A DNA stretch of 64,000 nt from a virus (Duplodnaviria > Caudoviricetes), in the IMG/VR virus record IMGVR_UViG_3300033075_001751, positions 1-64,000 of that record; one strand, written 5' to 3'. Shown in pieces: positions 29,046 through 39,476 of this stretch. The position numbers and the translations under genes were made by a program. How positions within the stretch are numbered: position 1 is the first letter of the stretch; each line of letters opens with the position of its first letter. The notes under the pieces were generated by a model. The model worked only from the letters and a program-made list of their open reading frames with translations. It was not told where the DNA came from and made no database searches.

Positions 29046-32000
29046 TCCTTCATTTTTTCCCGGATCATGTGATCCGAAACCGGCTGAACTGCTTGAACGA
29101 TATTCAATCCTTCCCTTTTCACTGAATCCGCAGTAGTCATGCCGGGATTAATGTAACCGAACTCGTCAAACAATTGCTGAGACAAATATAGGAAAAGTAT
29201 TGGATTGAACGCTGGTCCTTGTTGGAGCATGTGTTGCCCATACCCCCTTTTTGCAAAGACGATTTTAGCTCCTTGAGATTGTTTTTCTTTTATACGCTTG
29301 ATCGCAGTGTCAATACCGATCATGGCTTCTTCGGTCATGTTCCCATCGTTTTCCGGAATTGCATCTACACCGGCAACAAAAGAATCGAACACAGGAAGCC
29401 CAATTGCAGCATCCGCAAGAATTGCATGAGAAAGTGATGACTCATTCATCTTACTAATCCCAGTGGTTCCTTGAAGTGCGCCATTGAATACTACAAGAAG
29501 ATTGTCAGGATTTTTGACAAGATTCGATTTAGGATAGCTTACACCACCAACTACAATGCTGGTTTGGTTGATCTCATCAAACTGAGCATTGTCCCAATCA
29601 ACTACTTTTTGATCGGGTGCAACATCTTTGATTCTTTCAAATGAAGTTTGCCAGCTTCCAATCTTTACAGTATTGGTCTTTCCAAGAATTGATTTGAAAT
29701 GTCCTACCGTCCATCTTTCCTTTTGAGACCATTGTTCAATCCATGTGGGATCGGATGTATTTTGTGCTGTAAGTTGTTCTACTCCAGTAATTCTGTATCT
29801 CTGCGGTCTATTCTCAAAAGTTACAATATCCCCCACATTCCCCAATGGAAAACTTCGTGTCGTTGCGGTACGTTCCCCCGATTCTACAAGTGCAAGAGTT
29901 GTAGTTTTCTTTCCCGTAAGGTTCTCATTGACAGGCATGTCATAAGACATTGCGTGATTCTTTACAGGACTGTCTTTTTTTACTTCTTCTTTTTTGGCTG
30001 GTTTCGCCAGATCCGACAAAGAAGAAGCATTCAGATAATCCTTACCTCGTTGACGTTCGCCACTGGAACGTTTGTTTTGGGCAACGAAATCAGAATAGTA
30101 CGCCTGCAAGAGAGTATTGTCCAGTTTACCTTCAGCTACACCATCAAGGTAATTCTCAATCATTGTGAGAGGAGCATCCATGATGTCGGTAAAGTATCGC
30201 GCCGGTATGATCCTGGTAAGTGACATTGCTCCACGAGTACTCAGACCTGATTGCAGAAAAGCATAGAAAGGAATCGCATTGAACACATCATGAATCCAAA
30301 TGTTGTCTTCACGATCGGATACAATCACTTCGTCACGATCCATCAACCTTTGAAGATTCTCATAGAGTGCATCAATCTGATCGGATGTCAGTTTGGATTC
30401 TCTGAGTTTCAAGTTTTTGTAAGGCAATTCCGTAGAGCCTTCTTGAAGTTCGCCGGTGTCAGTTACAACCATGTCCAACAAATCAAACTCTGCACGGAGT
30501 TCCGGATACTTTTGTTTGATTCGGTACACCTGGTCCGCGATGGAATTGCCGGGAGACTTGAACAGAAACCATGGGTTGTGAGTATTCATCAATGCTTTGT
30601 CGCGCAGCATACCTTCATATACCTGCCGGCGTACATGGGACTCTTGTTCCGGTGTAAGACCATCCGGTTTTCCACGAAGTGCGCGCTCCATCGAAAACTC
30701 CAACTTTTCTTTGTAAGCATTGGTATCGCGCACTGTATCGAACGAGTAGGTAGTACCGCGAAGATTTTCACGTTCAAACACAAAACGCATGTATTCTTTA
30801 CGAGTCTTAAATGCTCCAACTGGAATAGAAGCAAGACCACGTTCTGAGTAAGATCCCTTGTCGTATTCGGCTTTGGTGTAATCTGCACTGAGAGTGGCTG
30901 CGTCGTAATACAACACACCGTCTTTCATGAAGACCCCAAACTTCAACGAAGGTACTTTCTGAATATTTCCGGTCTTGACAACCGATCCTTTGTAAGTATC
31001 TTTTTCAGGATTGAATTCACCGCGCAAAGTGTTCTGGAATACCCAGGACATGAAATCGTTTGCAAATTCCGAGATGAATCGATCCTGTTGACCTTCGCCG
31101 AAAGTAGCTTCTACATCTTTACGGAATCCTTTGGATTTTACTTTTGCAAGCATGAACTCTTTCATTGCGTCATGTGTGCGCACAGTAAAGACTCCTTCTC
31201 CCCTGTTACCGCCCCAAAGAGCTACCAAGAAGTCTTGAATCTTGAAAGACGAAATAGCAGAAGCCTCATCAATCTTGTCAAGAATGTAGGTTGGAATCAT
31301 CGGATTTTGTTTCAGTTCATCCACCTGTGATGTTCGGAGATGAGCTTCAAAAAATGAATTTGTACGAGTTGTATCGTAGTTCATTCTCATTTTTACATCC
31401 CGGATTGAGTCAGCCATTCCATCAATGTGCAGAAATTCAAGAAAGACAGCTTCGTTGAAAGCATCTGACTGGTTACCGTTTACCGCTGCTTCTAAGCTTG
31501 TTTCTGTAAATTCTCCCATTGCTTGGTTCTTTGCAATGCGCATTTCTTCAACTGCTTTTACAGACTGTGGACTGTTAGGCTTTTCGATGTTGAAGTACCG
31601 TGCAAGCATTTTCTCTTTTGCAAAGTTCTTGTACCAATTGGGATTCTCCGGTGCCTGGTTGGGAAATGCTTTGCCGAAAGTAGACTGAGCAGTCTCCAGC
31701 ATCTTTTTGTATTCCCGGACCATGGGGTTGGATACAAAAAGTACCGCTTGACGAAATGGTACTCCTGCTTCAATCAAGAATTCCATTGCCGGTGTAAGTT
31801 GTTTGTTACCCTGTACATCAAAAACCCAGGCATCTTTTGCCACGTCAACCCATCCGTTGATAAGCTGTGCAATCACTTCGGAGATGACATTTTCTCCTTT
31901 TACATCCCGCTCATGGCTTAACGAAATAGCATCTTTTCCTTTGTAGGGCAAGATGTTATGCTTCATGTTGATGCTTTGTGTTTTACGAAAGGATAGTTTT

Positions 32001-35000
32001 GTCGATCCGTTGAAAGGATTGGTTTCCATCACATCATACTCGGGCTCCATGTGAAATCCGACCTGAGTAAAAATGGAACTGAATGTGTTGGCGACAGCTC
32101 CCATCCCAAGTACTTGCTTACCAACGTTGTTGGATTCCTGCTTGTACATGTTGTAAGGAATCTCGTAAACCCTTGTTGGAGAAATCGTCTTTCCTCTTTC
32201 GTTGTTCACGTTTGCCCGGGAGTCGTATTCTCTCAAGTTTGAAAGTTCATCAGCAACCGGCTTTACGATCGAAGTATCGTTCGGTGCAATGAGTGACACA
32301 AAGTTGGAATCAAGTTCAAGAATAGATTTGATGCTCTGAAGAACGCGGTTCTCTGCGGACTTCATTTTATTTCCTTTGGTAACTATTTCAAACCATTCTT
32401 CGAAGGTTTCATTGATTCCTTCTTCAGCCAACATTTCGTTCAGTTCCTCTTCAGTCCATTCGCCGAATACGGCTTCCATCAAGTTGTTGATAGGTTCGTT
32501 ACCTTTATACCTATCAAGTTTATCTACAATGTTTCCATCTTCATCGCGAGATAAATTGCGTTGAAATTCTTTGTCGTTTACTTTTTTCCAAAGTTCGAAA
32601 GCCTTGTCTCTGTCCAGATCTTTTGTAAAAATCACTTCTCCTGTATTTCTAAAGATAGATAAAGAAGGCATCAACGTTGTCATCTTGTCAATGTCAAAGT
32701 CGGATCCTGCTTTTGCTACGATCTCAGCTGGCGGAATCAAAATGTTACCGGCAGACTCAGGAAGGAACTCATACACTTCCATGAATTCCATGGAGTTGTG
32801 ACCTTGGACCGGAATACGTACACCGACCATGGTAATCAGTTGACGGTTTTTCTCAACCCAGGTAGTATCTTTCAACAACACATTCAATCGTGCAAGAGAA
32901 CCTATGATGTTACCTTCATTGTCTTTGTGCTTCAGGAGTTTTTTGAAATCTCCCTGAAGTGCGATCTTGACTTTCATCGCTGAAGTCTTACCGTTGTTAC
33001 CTTGCGGGATATAGAAAGGTAAATCGGAAGTACCGTATCGGGCAAGCTCTTCAGGGGTAGCATTGCGCAACTTACCCTTCATGAACTCTTTGTTCTCATA
33101 GCCGGTATTTGCCACGAGAACCATTGCTTCACCTTTTGCTTTCTGCTTGATGATCCGCCGGGTCACAAGAGACGAAAGAATCTTCTCGACTTTTTCCGCA
33201 GAAGGTGATACATCCGCAGGATACAGAATATTTCCAGATGAATCGGTTGTGAAAAACTCACGCTCATGGTCGGACAAATCCTGATTGCGAAGTTCATCGG
33301 TAACCAGTTTGAGCATTGCTTCCATCGAACCTTTTACCAGCACACCGTCCTTGAACTCCCACCCTGCATCGTTGTACAGTTTCTCTTTGTGAAGACGGGT
33401 AAGCTCGTTGATGTTGTCAAAATACTCTTGTTGTATTTTGTACATCGGTGAAGTATCACGTCGCTTTTGTTCTGTCGCAACCGGGTCAACTTTTCCATCA
33501 GTCATCACAACGATTTTAGACCATGCAAGTTGTCTTTCGTCATCAGATGCTTTTTTCATGAAGTCTGCCGGTACACCAAATTCAGTAAGACCGTTTACAA
33601 TGAGCTTCCTCATTTGGGTGGGGAACGTGACTTTACCTTTAAAGTGTGTGCTCATTGCGAGCTGGTCTTTCAGGTACGGAATGTGAATGACATTTGGTGT
33701 AAACCTGAATCCTTCTTTAGAGAAAGCTGTGTCAAGTGTTGCACGGTCATCGTAGAACTTATCGACAATCCCATCTGAAGTAAGTGTTGCAACTTTCGAA
33801 CCAGACAAGAATAGAGAATAGTCGATTCCCTGTTCGACCATCCGGTTGTGCAAATCTTCGAGAGGGGTTCCTTCGATTACATTAGGGATCAAAGGAGCAA
33901 GTTCAAATTTGTGAAACGCCATTGCTGTAACTCCACCGGTACGGAGCGGTCCCCAGTATTGCATTTTCCGCACAGGGAAGAATTCAGAAAGATCGAATCC
34001 GCTGATGTCTTCTTTGCGCATGATCTTTTGATAAAGCTTTTCTTGCTCGACAGACCAGTCTCCCTGTGAGTCAGCTACCAACCGGTACGCATCAAAAGCC
34101 ATCCAGCCTTGACCGTCACCCTCTTTCATACCACTGTAATCAGCCAGCTTTTTAGTAGCTTTTTCCAGTGACATACCACTACGTACAAGCGCAGCAATGT
34201 AAGTTGGAAGATAACTACTTGTGGTCTTGGTATCTTGGTGCACAGAAGTGTTCAGCGTTTTTCCCCATGCTTGACGATCTGTGATTTTTTGTCCGTCAAA
34301 TTCTTGCGGACCTTTATACCAGGCACTTGACGCATAGGGTCTACCCATTACATCATTTGCATAACGGATGTAATCAGCATCGATACGGAAGAGCTCACCG
34401 GTAGAAGATATACCGGCGTTACGTTTATGGAATCCTTCATCAGCATGGTTGTAAATTGCAATGTCACCATAGAACATGACAGTGGACTCATAGTTGTGGA
34501 TCCATGAGTTTATGACAACTGCTTCGGTCGCCATGTTCATCATTGTATCCAATGACAACTTGCCGGCTTTGGTTTTGTCTACAATAATCTTTTGTACCGA
34601 ATCAGATATGAACGGTGTCCGGTCAAACATCTTTCGGTATTCTCTGGTCTTTGCGGTCCAGTACTTGTTCAAATCCCGGGTGATTGCCGCCAGTACATTT
34701 TTCTGATCTGTAGGAAGATTCATCCCTTCTTTACTTTCCAGCATCAGATATTCTGCAAGATCGAACCCTGGAATAGCAGCAAGACTCATCAGTTTATCGC
34801 GCAACGGTTTCGAAAGAATGTCATCGAACGTATTGAAACGCGCACCGGTTTGCTTATAGGTCTCACCAGTCTTTGCGTTTACAACCAGTTTGGCGGTGAC
34901 ATCATCAGAAGATGCATTCAACATGTACGAGATTCTCCTCATCTCTGAAGTGAGGTATCCCATCATCATTCTATTTGCCATCTTCCTACCCTGTGTCGGT

Positions 35001-38000
35001 ACAGATGGATCGACCGAGTGAAAGTTACTGACTCCGATGTAGGTTGTACCGTCACTGAAAGAATTGTAGTTACCGTTGGTATTGTACTCCAACCCATTCA
35101 TATAAGATGGACCGTAGAGATAGGTACTACCTTTATCGGCATGACGAGTACCTTCTGTAAAGCCGTTGTGCAGAATGGTGTGCAAATCCATGAGGATCTT
35201 GGTTGCACTGTCTGCTGTTGCGCTGGAAACACCGTGGGAATCTTCTCCTTCAATTGATCGGGCTCCCGAGAGATTCTTAAGATTAAGAATTACCGGGTTT
35301 CTTTCACTGTCAAGTTTCCGGTTTCCTTCCTCATCGAACATCATGTTGAACCAGGCTGACTCTTTTACAAAAAAATTGTAGCGAGGATCAAGGTATTCCA
35401 TGTGAGGCATTGCAATCAATTCCGCAACAGTGTTTGCGCGGTTGAGTGAATCCACCATCATTGAGAGTGTGGAATGAAGAGATGTCTCATACTGAGAGTT
35501 ACCTGTTGCATTTTGTGACGCGAAAGACCATGGTGTATTACCATGCTTCAGTTCTATCTCAAGCAACCAGTTAAGATTCTTACCTTCATTTGCAAAAACT
35601 GATTTTGCTTTGTTGCCGCTTGAAATCTCCGAGTGTTCTGTTGCCAGTACTGTAATCTTACCAAACTTGTCGGTTACTCTTTGCTCCAAAGGTTTGGTCA
35701 TTTCACTGAGCTTTGCAGTGATTTGTTTACGCAACAAAATTCCTTCCGGTGAACCAAGCTCCTTGATGACTCCTTCGCTGCTGGAAAAATTCAAACCCAG
35801 TTGGGACCAGAACCAAAAATGATTGTCCGGAAGACGTGCTGCTTCTTGCAAAAATGAAGGGATATCCAGGAACCTGCCTTTTTCAGATTCCTTGATGTGA
35901 GGATACATGTAAGGATTGGAAATAGATTGAAAATAGGAATTCCAATCCCGGCGCAATTTTGGTGTTGAACCTTGTGCGTTACCAAAGCGAGTACTGTGTA
36001 TTGTAGCTGCAGTATCCCAGGTACCATCAGGGTTTTGCTTTTTGTTTCCCCGGGTTGTTTCCATGATCAACTCGTTCAGCGGGATCCAAGCTTTATTGAA
36101 TGTCTGCCAGAACCGGGTTTGCATTTTGGTACTGTTGGTAGGATCACCCAACTTGTCAATGATTTGAGACAGGAAAGGATTTTCTCCTCTCAAGTTTTCC
36201 ATGATTTCAATCATCTCCCGGGGACTGTTCACGTTGAGAAGATTCTTTTGAAGAACTGCCCATACTGTTTCACGCTTCATTAGTTTGCGGAAACCGAGAC
36301 GATTGAGTACAGGTTTCCCTTCGCGGTCTACTTCAATGATCGAACCGACCATTTCAAGCACACCTTCTTTGGCAAGTTCTTGCATAGAACTTTCATTGCC
36401 GGCTCGATCAAATCCTTCGCGTGCAGTTACAGCTGCATCCTGACGATCGGATTCTTCCATCTCTTCCAAGATAGCTTTCCGGTCTGCAAAGCGTGATCTG
36501 ACGATATGGTACGAAGCAACTCCTTTCTTTCCGAGCCCGTTGAGATCTCCGAAGTTTTCTATCGTAGCATTGATCAACTCAAAATCCCGAGTGCGTAAAT
36601 TGAATTCATGACGAACCTGCTCGTCTTCTTTTTCATGAAGCTTTTCAGCAAGAGCGTTTACTTCTTGAGCGATTCGCAGACGTTGTGGGACCAGGCGTTC
36701 TTCTAAGATCCATTCGTATGCCAATTGTCGGATAGCAGGATTGCGCAGAACTACGTGTACGTTCATGTACCGGGTAGGGTACTTCATCGAAGGAGTATCT
36801 ATTTCTTCCCATTGGGAAGGATCCTCTATCAATCCACTTTCAACAGCGTTATAGAACTCAGTGTATTCAGCTATGAGTCCATCGATTGTTTCGACAATAA
36901 GCTTGGAATCTTGGGCACCCATTTCAGAGTGTCCTTCACCTGGCTCAATGAGGTCGATACCCTTTTCAAACACACCGTTAAATTGGGTTTCCTCATAAGA
37001 AGCAACCTTGAATTTTCCACTGTGGAGTTTTTGGTACATCTCGCGTACCATTGGGACTTCACCGACAAGTCCTTCCGCAACAGTGGCATCTGAGAAAAGA
37101 GCTTTAAGAATAGCCCAGATTTTTTGAAAAAACGTTTTGACAGGAGACAGCTCAGGTTCTTTCGCACCGCCGGTAAGAACATATTGGCGAAATCCTTCTG
37201 CCAACCATTCTTCAATTTCCAGATCATCTGCAACCCGGAAAGAGCGAGTCTTACCTTTATGAGTTTTGAATGTTCCGGATTGTTTCCGGACCGCATCGTA
37301 GAGTTTCTTCTTTTTGTTTCCAAGCACAAGCGTGGAAAATCCGTGCCAGGCTTCGTGGTAAATGTCTGTGCGGTCAGACCCTCTCCAAAGCACAATACCG
37401 TTGCGTGAGAATGTTGCAACTGCATTTGGATTGTCGGTACTTACCAGATCGTAAGCTTCTTCCAATGTGATTACTTTGGAAAGAGGACTTGCGTCAAACC
37501 ATCTTTTTGCTTCGTCTTGCTGTTCTTTTGATGAGAAATCGTTCAAGACTTTTTGAGCGCGTCCTTTTTCAAAAACTTGTTTTGTGCCGGCGGTGTACTT
37601 TTTTGCTTGTCCTTCAGTTTTTCCTTTTTCTTTATTCTCTTTCTTTTTTTCTTCTGACTTTGGTGTTTCGAATTTGAAAGAGAGATATGGATTCAACTGG
37701 ACAAATTTTCCTTCAGCATTTGTCTTGAGGTTTACAAACGAAACGGATTTGATCCATTCATTGTAACTGGTCTGCTTACCGGTTACAAGATCTCCTTCTG
37801 CATCAAAATGAAAAGGAGTGTATTTTCCATTTGCTTCCCGGGACTTCAGGTTGTATTGGACCTGGCGGACCCTTGTAAAAGTTTCTGTTTTGTTCCGCGT
37901 GCGTATCAAATCTCCTTGCTTTGCATTGTTTTCCCAGTCTTCAGTAGAATCCCAAATTCTAGCGGAACTTTCTCCGTTTGAAATTGCCTTTGCAAGTTTT

Positions 38001-39475
38001 CGAGCATTTGATTGAGACTCTTTGCTTCCTTCGACACGTTTTGAAAAGGCAGCTTTCAGCAGTACGTCCAAGCCGGCTGTGTCGTAAGGATAAGATGTAG
38101 TACCAATAACAACCGCATCCAAAGTAATATTCACTTTGGACATGGACTTGGGACCGAGCAAAACAATACTTTCAATCAGATCTTTCTTCTGTTTGATTGT
38201 GATTGGAATTTTACCCTTGTAGAGAATGAGCTTTACAACCCTGTCAATGTCTTCTTCGGACAGCGCATTCATCCAAAGCTTTTGTGACTGGGTTACTCCA
38301 GGGATGATGACAGACAGATCCATGACATCTCCAATTACACCAGCTTCAACTGTAATCTCACCAATCTGTACTTCTGACAGCTGTTGATTTTTGAATGTCG
38401 GTTCAATGAATCCTTCGGAACCACTTGTGATTTGAGCAGATACAGAATTGTTCGCCCGATCTTGATTGACATGCGCAACAGCATTTTCAACCATATCCGT
38501 CTGAGCTTCGATCAAAGCTCCGTACCTGTTTATCTTTACTTCCCGATCGATCGTATTGTCAGGATCATTGTCAGCAAGCTCATACGCGTTTTGCGCATTG
38601 TTCATTTTCGTAGAGCCTTCCCTTGCATACGGATCAAACCTTTCACCGGCAGCATTGCGAGTTTTGCGCATGGGAAAGTACAGCAAGCGTCCATCTGCTG
38701 AAACGTTACCGTCTTCATCAAACCTTACAATGTTACCTGCACGGTCTGTAATGACCATGACAACATCAGATTCCTCGTATGCTTTGTTTGCATCGGGATC
38801 TTGTATTTTGTCCCGGTCTGCTGAAGTGAGATCGTTTACATCAACTCTGTTGAAAGCAATTGCATTGAGTTTGAGTGGTCCGCCCAATCCCGGATACACC
38901 CAGTCATCGTTCTCTTTGCCGTTGGTAAGAGCAACAACCTTTTGAATCACTTTTGTGTGCAGTACCTTTTCAGGATCGGGAACATTCAGACTAGCTGGTA
39001 TCTCTTTTGTATCGATTGCTGTCTGACCGGTGGTACTCATGAAGTCTGCCGGTCTTGCAGTTGTCACTCGTCTTACCGCAAAAGGAGAAGGAGTTTCTTG
39101 TTGCGGCTGCGCTGCTTCCTCGATGTTTGGTTTTTCTTCTACAACTGGTTCTTCTACTTTGAAGAAGTCTTCTACTGCTTTGAGTCCTGCAACAGGATCC
39201 ATAAAAGAATCTTCAAGCGAGTAAATCTCATCAGAAGCTTTGGCGATTTCACGTTTTGCTTCTACAAAACCTGTAGCTTTTCCAATCTGAGCAGGAACCA
39301 TTGCTACTTGAGTATACACCCAGGCTTTGTCATCACTCACTTTGGAAAACAGCTCTTTCATCTTTTCCATGAAAGCCTTGACATCAAAAGCTTCACCTTT
39401 GGGATGAGCTTTGAGACGCTTATACACAATCTGGAATACCCGGCGTTCAGAAGAACTATCTATTGGACACTGCAT
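29033..39475 (-). CDS. virion-packaged single-chain DNA-dependent RNA polymerase (crAss-like, phi14:2 gp66 type) with accessory domains
   Basis: Catalytic AGSDFDIDK (~32685-32710) preceded by RIPVQGHNSM; DGQGW..AYR, SGSKV, TQMRKLI; HEAWH (~37345); C-terminal ASCH-like insert. Confidence 0.92.
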   Translation of the reverse strand: MQCPIDSSSERRVFQIVYKRLKAHPKGEAFDVKAFMEKMKELFSKVSDDKAWVYTQVAMVPAQIGKATGFVEAKREIAKASDEIYSLEDSFMDPVAGLKAVEDFFKVEEPVVEEKPNIEEAAQPQQETPSPFAVRRVTTARPADFMSTTGQTAIDTKEIPASLNVPDPEKVLHTKVIQKVVALTNGKENDDWVYPGLGGPLKLNAIAFNRVDVNDLTSADRDKIQDPDANKAYEESDVVMVITDRAGNIVRFDEDGNVSADGRLLYFPMRKTRNAAGERFDPYAREGSTKMNNAQNAYELADNDPDNTIDREVKINRYGALIEAQTDMVENAVAHVNQDRANNSVSAQITSGSEGFIEPTFKNQQLSEVQIGEITVEAGVIGDVMDLSVIIPGVTQSQKLWMNALSEEDIDRVVKLILYKGKIPITIKQKKDLIESIVLLGPKSMSKVNITLDAVVIGTTSYPYDTAGLDVLLKAAFSKRVEGSKESQSNARKLAKAISNGESSARIWDSTEDWENNAKQGDLIRTRNKTETFTRVRQVQYNLKSREANGKYTPFHFDAEGDLVTGKQTSYNEWIKSVSFVNLKTNAEGKFVQLNPYLSFKFETPKSEEKKKENKEKGKTEGQAKKYTAGTKQVFEKGRAQKVLNDFSSKEQQDEAKRWFDASPLSKVITLEEAYDLVSTDNPNAVATFSRNGIVLWRGSDRTDIYHEAWHGFSTLVLGNKKKKLYDAVRKQSGTFKTHKGKTRSFRVADDLEIEEWLAEGFRQYVLTGGAKEPELSPVKTFFQKIWAILKALFSDATVAEGLVGEVPMVREMYQKLHSGKFKVASYEETQFNGVFEKGIDLIEPGEGHSEMGAQDSKLIVETIDGLIAEYTEFYNAVESGLIEDPSQWEEIDTPSMKYPTRYMNVHVVLRNPAIRQLAYEWILEERLVPQRLRIAQEVNALAEKLHEKEDEQVRHEFNLRTRDFELINATIENFGDLNGLGKKGVASYHIVRSRFADRKAILEEMEESDRQDAAVTAREGFDRAGNESSMQELAKEGVLEMVGSIIEVDREGKPVLNRLGFRKLMKRETVWAVLQKNLLNVNSPREMIEIMENLRGENPFLSQIIDKLGDPTNSTKMQTRFWQTFNKAWIPLNELIMETTRGNKKQNPDGTWDTAATIHSTRFGNAQGSTPKLRRDWNSYFQSISNPYMYPHIKESEKGRFLDIPSFLQEAARLPDNHFWFWSQLGLNFSSSEGVIKELGSPEGILLRKQITAKLSEMTKPLEQRVTDKFGKITVLATEHSEISSGNKAKSVFANEGKNLNWLLEIELKHGNTPWSFASQNATGNSQYETSLHSTLSMMVDSLNRANTVAELIAMPHMEYLDPRYNFFVKESAWFNMMFDEEGNRKLDSERNPVILNLKNLSGARSIEGEDSHGVSSATADSATKILMDLHTILHNGFTEGTRHADKGSTYLYGPSYMNGLEYNTNGNYNSFSDGTTYIGVSNFHSVDPSVPTQGRKMANRMMMGYLTSEMRRISYMLNASSDDVTAKLVVNAKTGETYKQTGARFNTFDDILSKPLRDKLMSLAAIPGFDLAEYLMLESKEGMNLPTDQKNVLAAITRDLNKYWTAKTREYRKMFDRTPFISDSVQKIIVDKTKAGKLSLDTMMNMATEAVVINSWIHNYESTVMFYGDIAIYNHADEGFHKRNAGISSTGELFRIDADYIRYANDVMGRPYASSAWYKGPQEFDGQKITDRQAWGKTLNTSVHQDTKTTSSYLPTYIAALVRSGMSLEKATKKLADYSGMKEGDGQGWMAFDAYRLVADSQGDWSVEQEKLYQKIMRKEDISGFDLSEFFPVRKMQYWGPLRTGGVTAMAFHKFELAPLIPNVIEGTPLEDLHNRMVEQGIDYSLFLSGSKVATLTSDGIVDKFYDDRATLDTAFSKEGFRFTPNVIHIPYLKDQLAMSTHFKGKVTFPTQMRKLIVNGLTEFGVPADFMKKASDDERQLAWSKIVVMTDGKVDPVATEQKRRDTSPMYKIQQEYFDNINELTRLHKEKLYNDAGWEFKDGVLVKGSMEAMLKLVTDELRNQDLSDHEREFFTTDSSGNILYPADVSPSAEKVEKILSSLVTRRIIKQKAKGEAMVLVANTGYENKEFMKGKLRNATPEELARYGTSDLPFYIPQGNNGKTSAMKVKIALQGDFKKLLKHKDNEGNIIGSLARLNVLLKDTTWVEKNRQLITMVGVRIPVQGHNSMEFMEVYEFLPESAGNILIPPAEIVAKAGSDFDIDKMTTLMPSLSIFRNTGEVIFTKDLDRDKAFELWKKVNDKEFQRNLSRDEDGNIVDKLDRYKGNEPINNLMEAVFGEWTEEELNEMLAEEGINETFEEWFEIVTKGNKMKSAENRVLQSIKSILELDSNFVSLIAPNDTSIVKPVADELSNLREYDSRANVNNERGKTISPTRVYEIPYNMYKQESNNVGKQVLGMGAVANTFSSIFTQVGFHMEPEYDVMETNPFNGSTKLSFRKTQSINMKHNILPYKGKDAISLSHERDVKGENVISEVIAQLINGWVDVAKDAWVFDVQGNKQLTPAMEFLIEAGVPFRQAVLFVSNPMVREYKKMLETAQSTFGKAFPNQAPENPNWYKNFAKEKMLARYFNIEKPNSPQSVKAVEEMRIAKNQAMGEFTETSLEAAVNGNQSDAFNEAVFLEFLHIDGMADSIRDVKMRMNYDTTRTNSFFEAHLRTSQVDELKQNPMIPTYILDKIDEASAISSFKIQDFLVALWGGNRGEGVFTVRTHDAMKEFMLAKVKSKGFRKDVEATFGEGQQDRFISEFANDFMSWVFQNTLRGEFNPEKDTYKGSVVKTGNIQKVPSLKFGVFMKDGVLYYDAATLSADYTKAEYDKGSYSERGLASIPVGAFKTRKEYMRFVFERENLRGTTYSFDTVRDTNAYKEKLEFSMERALRGKPDGLTPEQESHVRRQVYEGMLRDKALMNTHNPWFLFKSPGNSIADQVYRIKQKYPELRAEFDLLDMVVTDTGELQEGSTELPYKNLKLRESKLTSDQIDALYENLQRLMDRDEVIVSDREDNIWIHDVFNAIPFYAFLQSGLSTRGAMSLTRIIPARYFTDIMDAPLTMIENYLDGVAEGKLDNTLLQAYYSDFVAQNKRSSGERQRGKDYLNASSLSDLAKPAKKEEVKKDSPVKNHAMSYDMPVNENLTGKKTTTLALVESGERTATTRSFPLGNVGDIVTFENRPQRYRITGVEQLTAQNTSDPTWIEQWSQKERWTVGHFKSILGKTNTVKIGSWQTSFERIKDVAPDQKVVDWDNAQFDEINQTSIVVGGVSYPKSNLVKNPDNLLVVFNGALQGTTGISKMNESSLSHAILADAAIGLPVFDSFVAGVDAIPENDGNMTEEAMIGIDTAIKRIKEKQSQGAKIVFAKRGYGQHMLQQGPAFNPILFLYLSQQLFDEFGYINPGMTTADSVKREGLNIVQAVQPVSDHMIREKMKECGF

Positions 39476-39476
39476 A

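Noticed and set aside
14612-39475. Inteins or self-splicing introns in PolB or vRNAP
   Set aside because: Both reading frames are continuous, with no C...HN splice junctions or LAGLIDADG/HNH motifs noticed.
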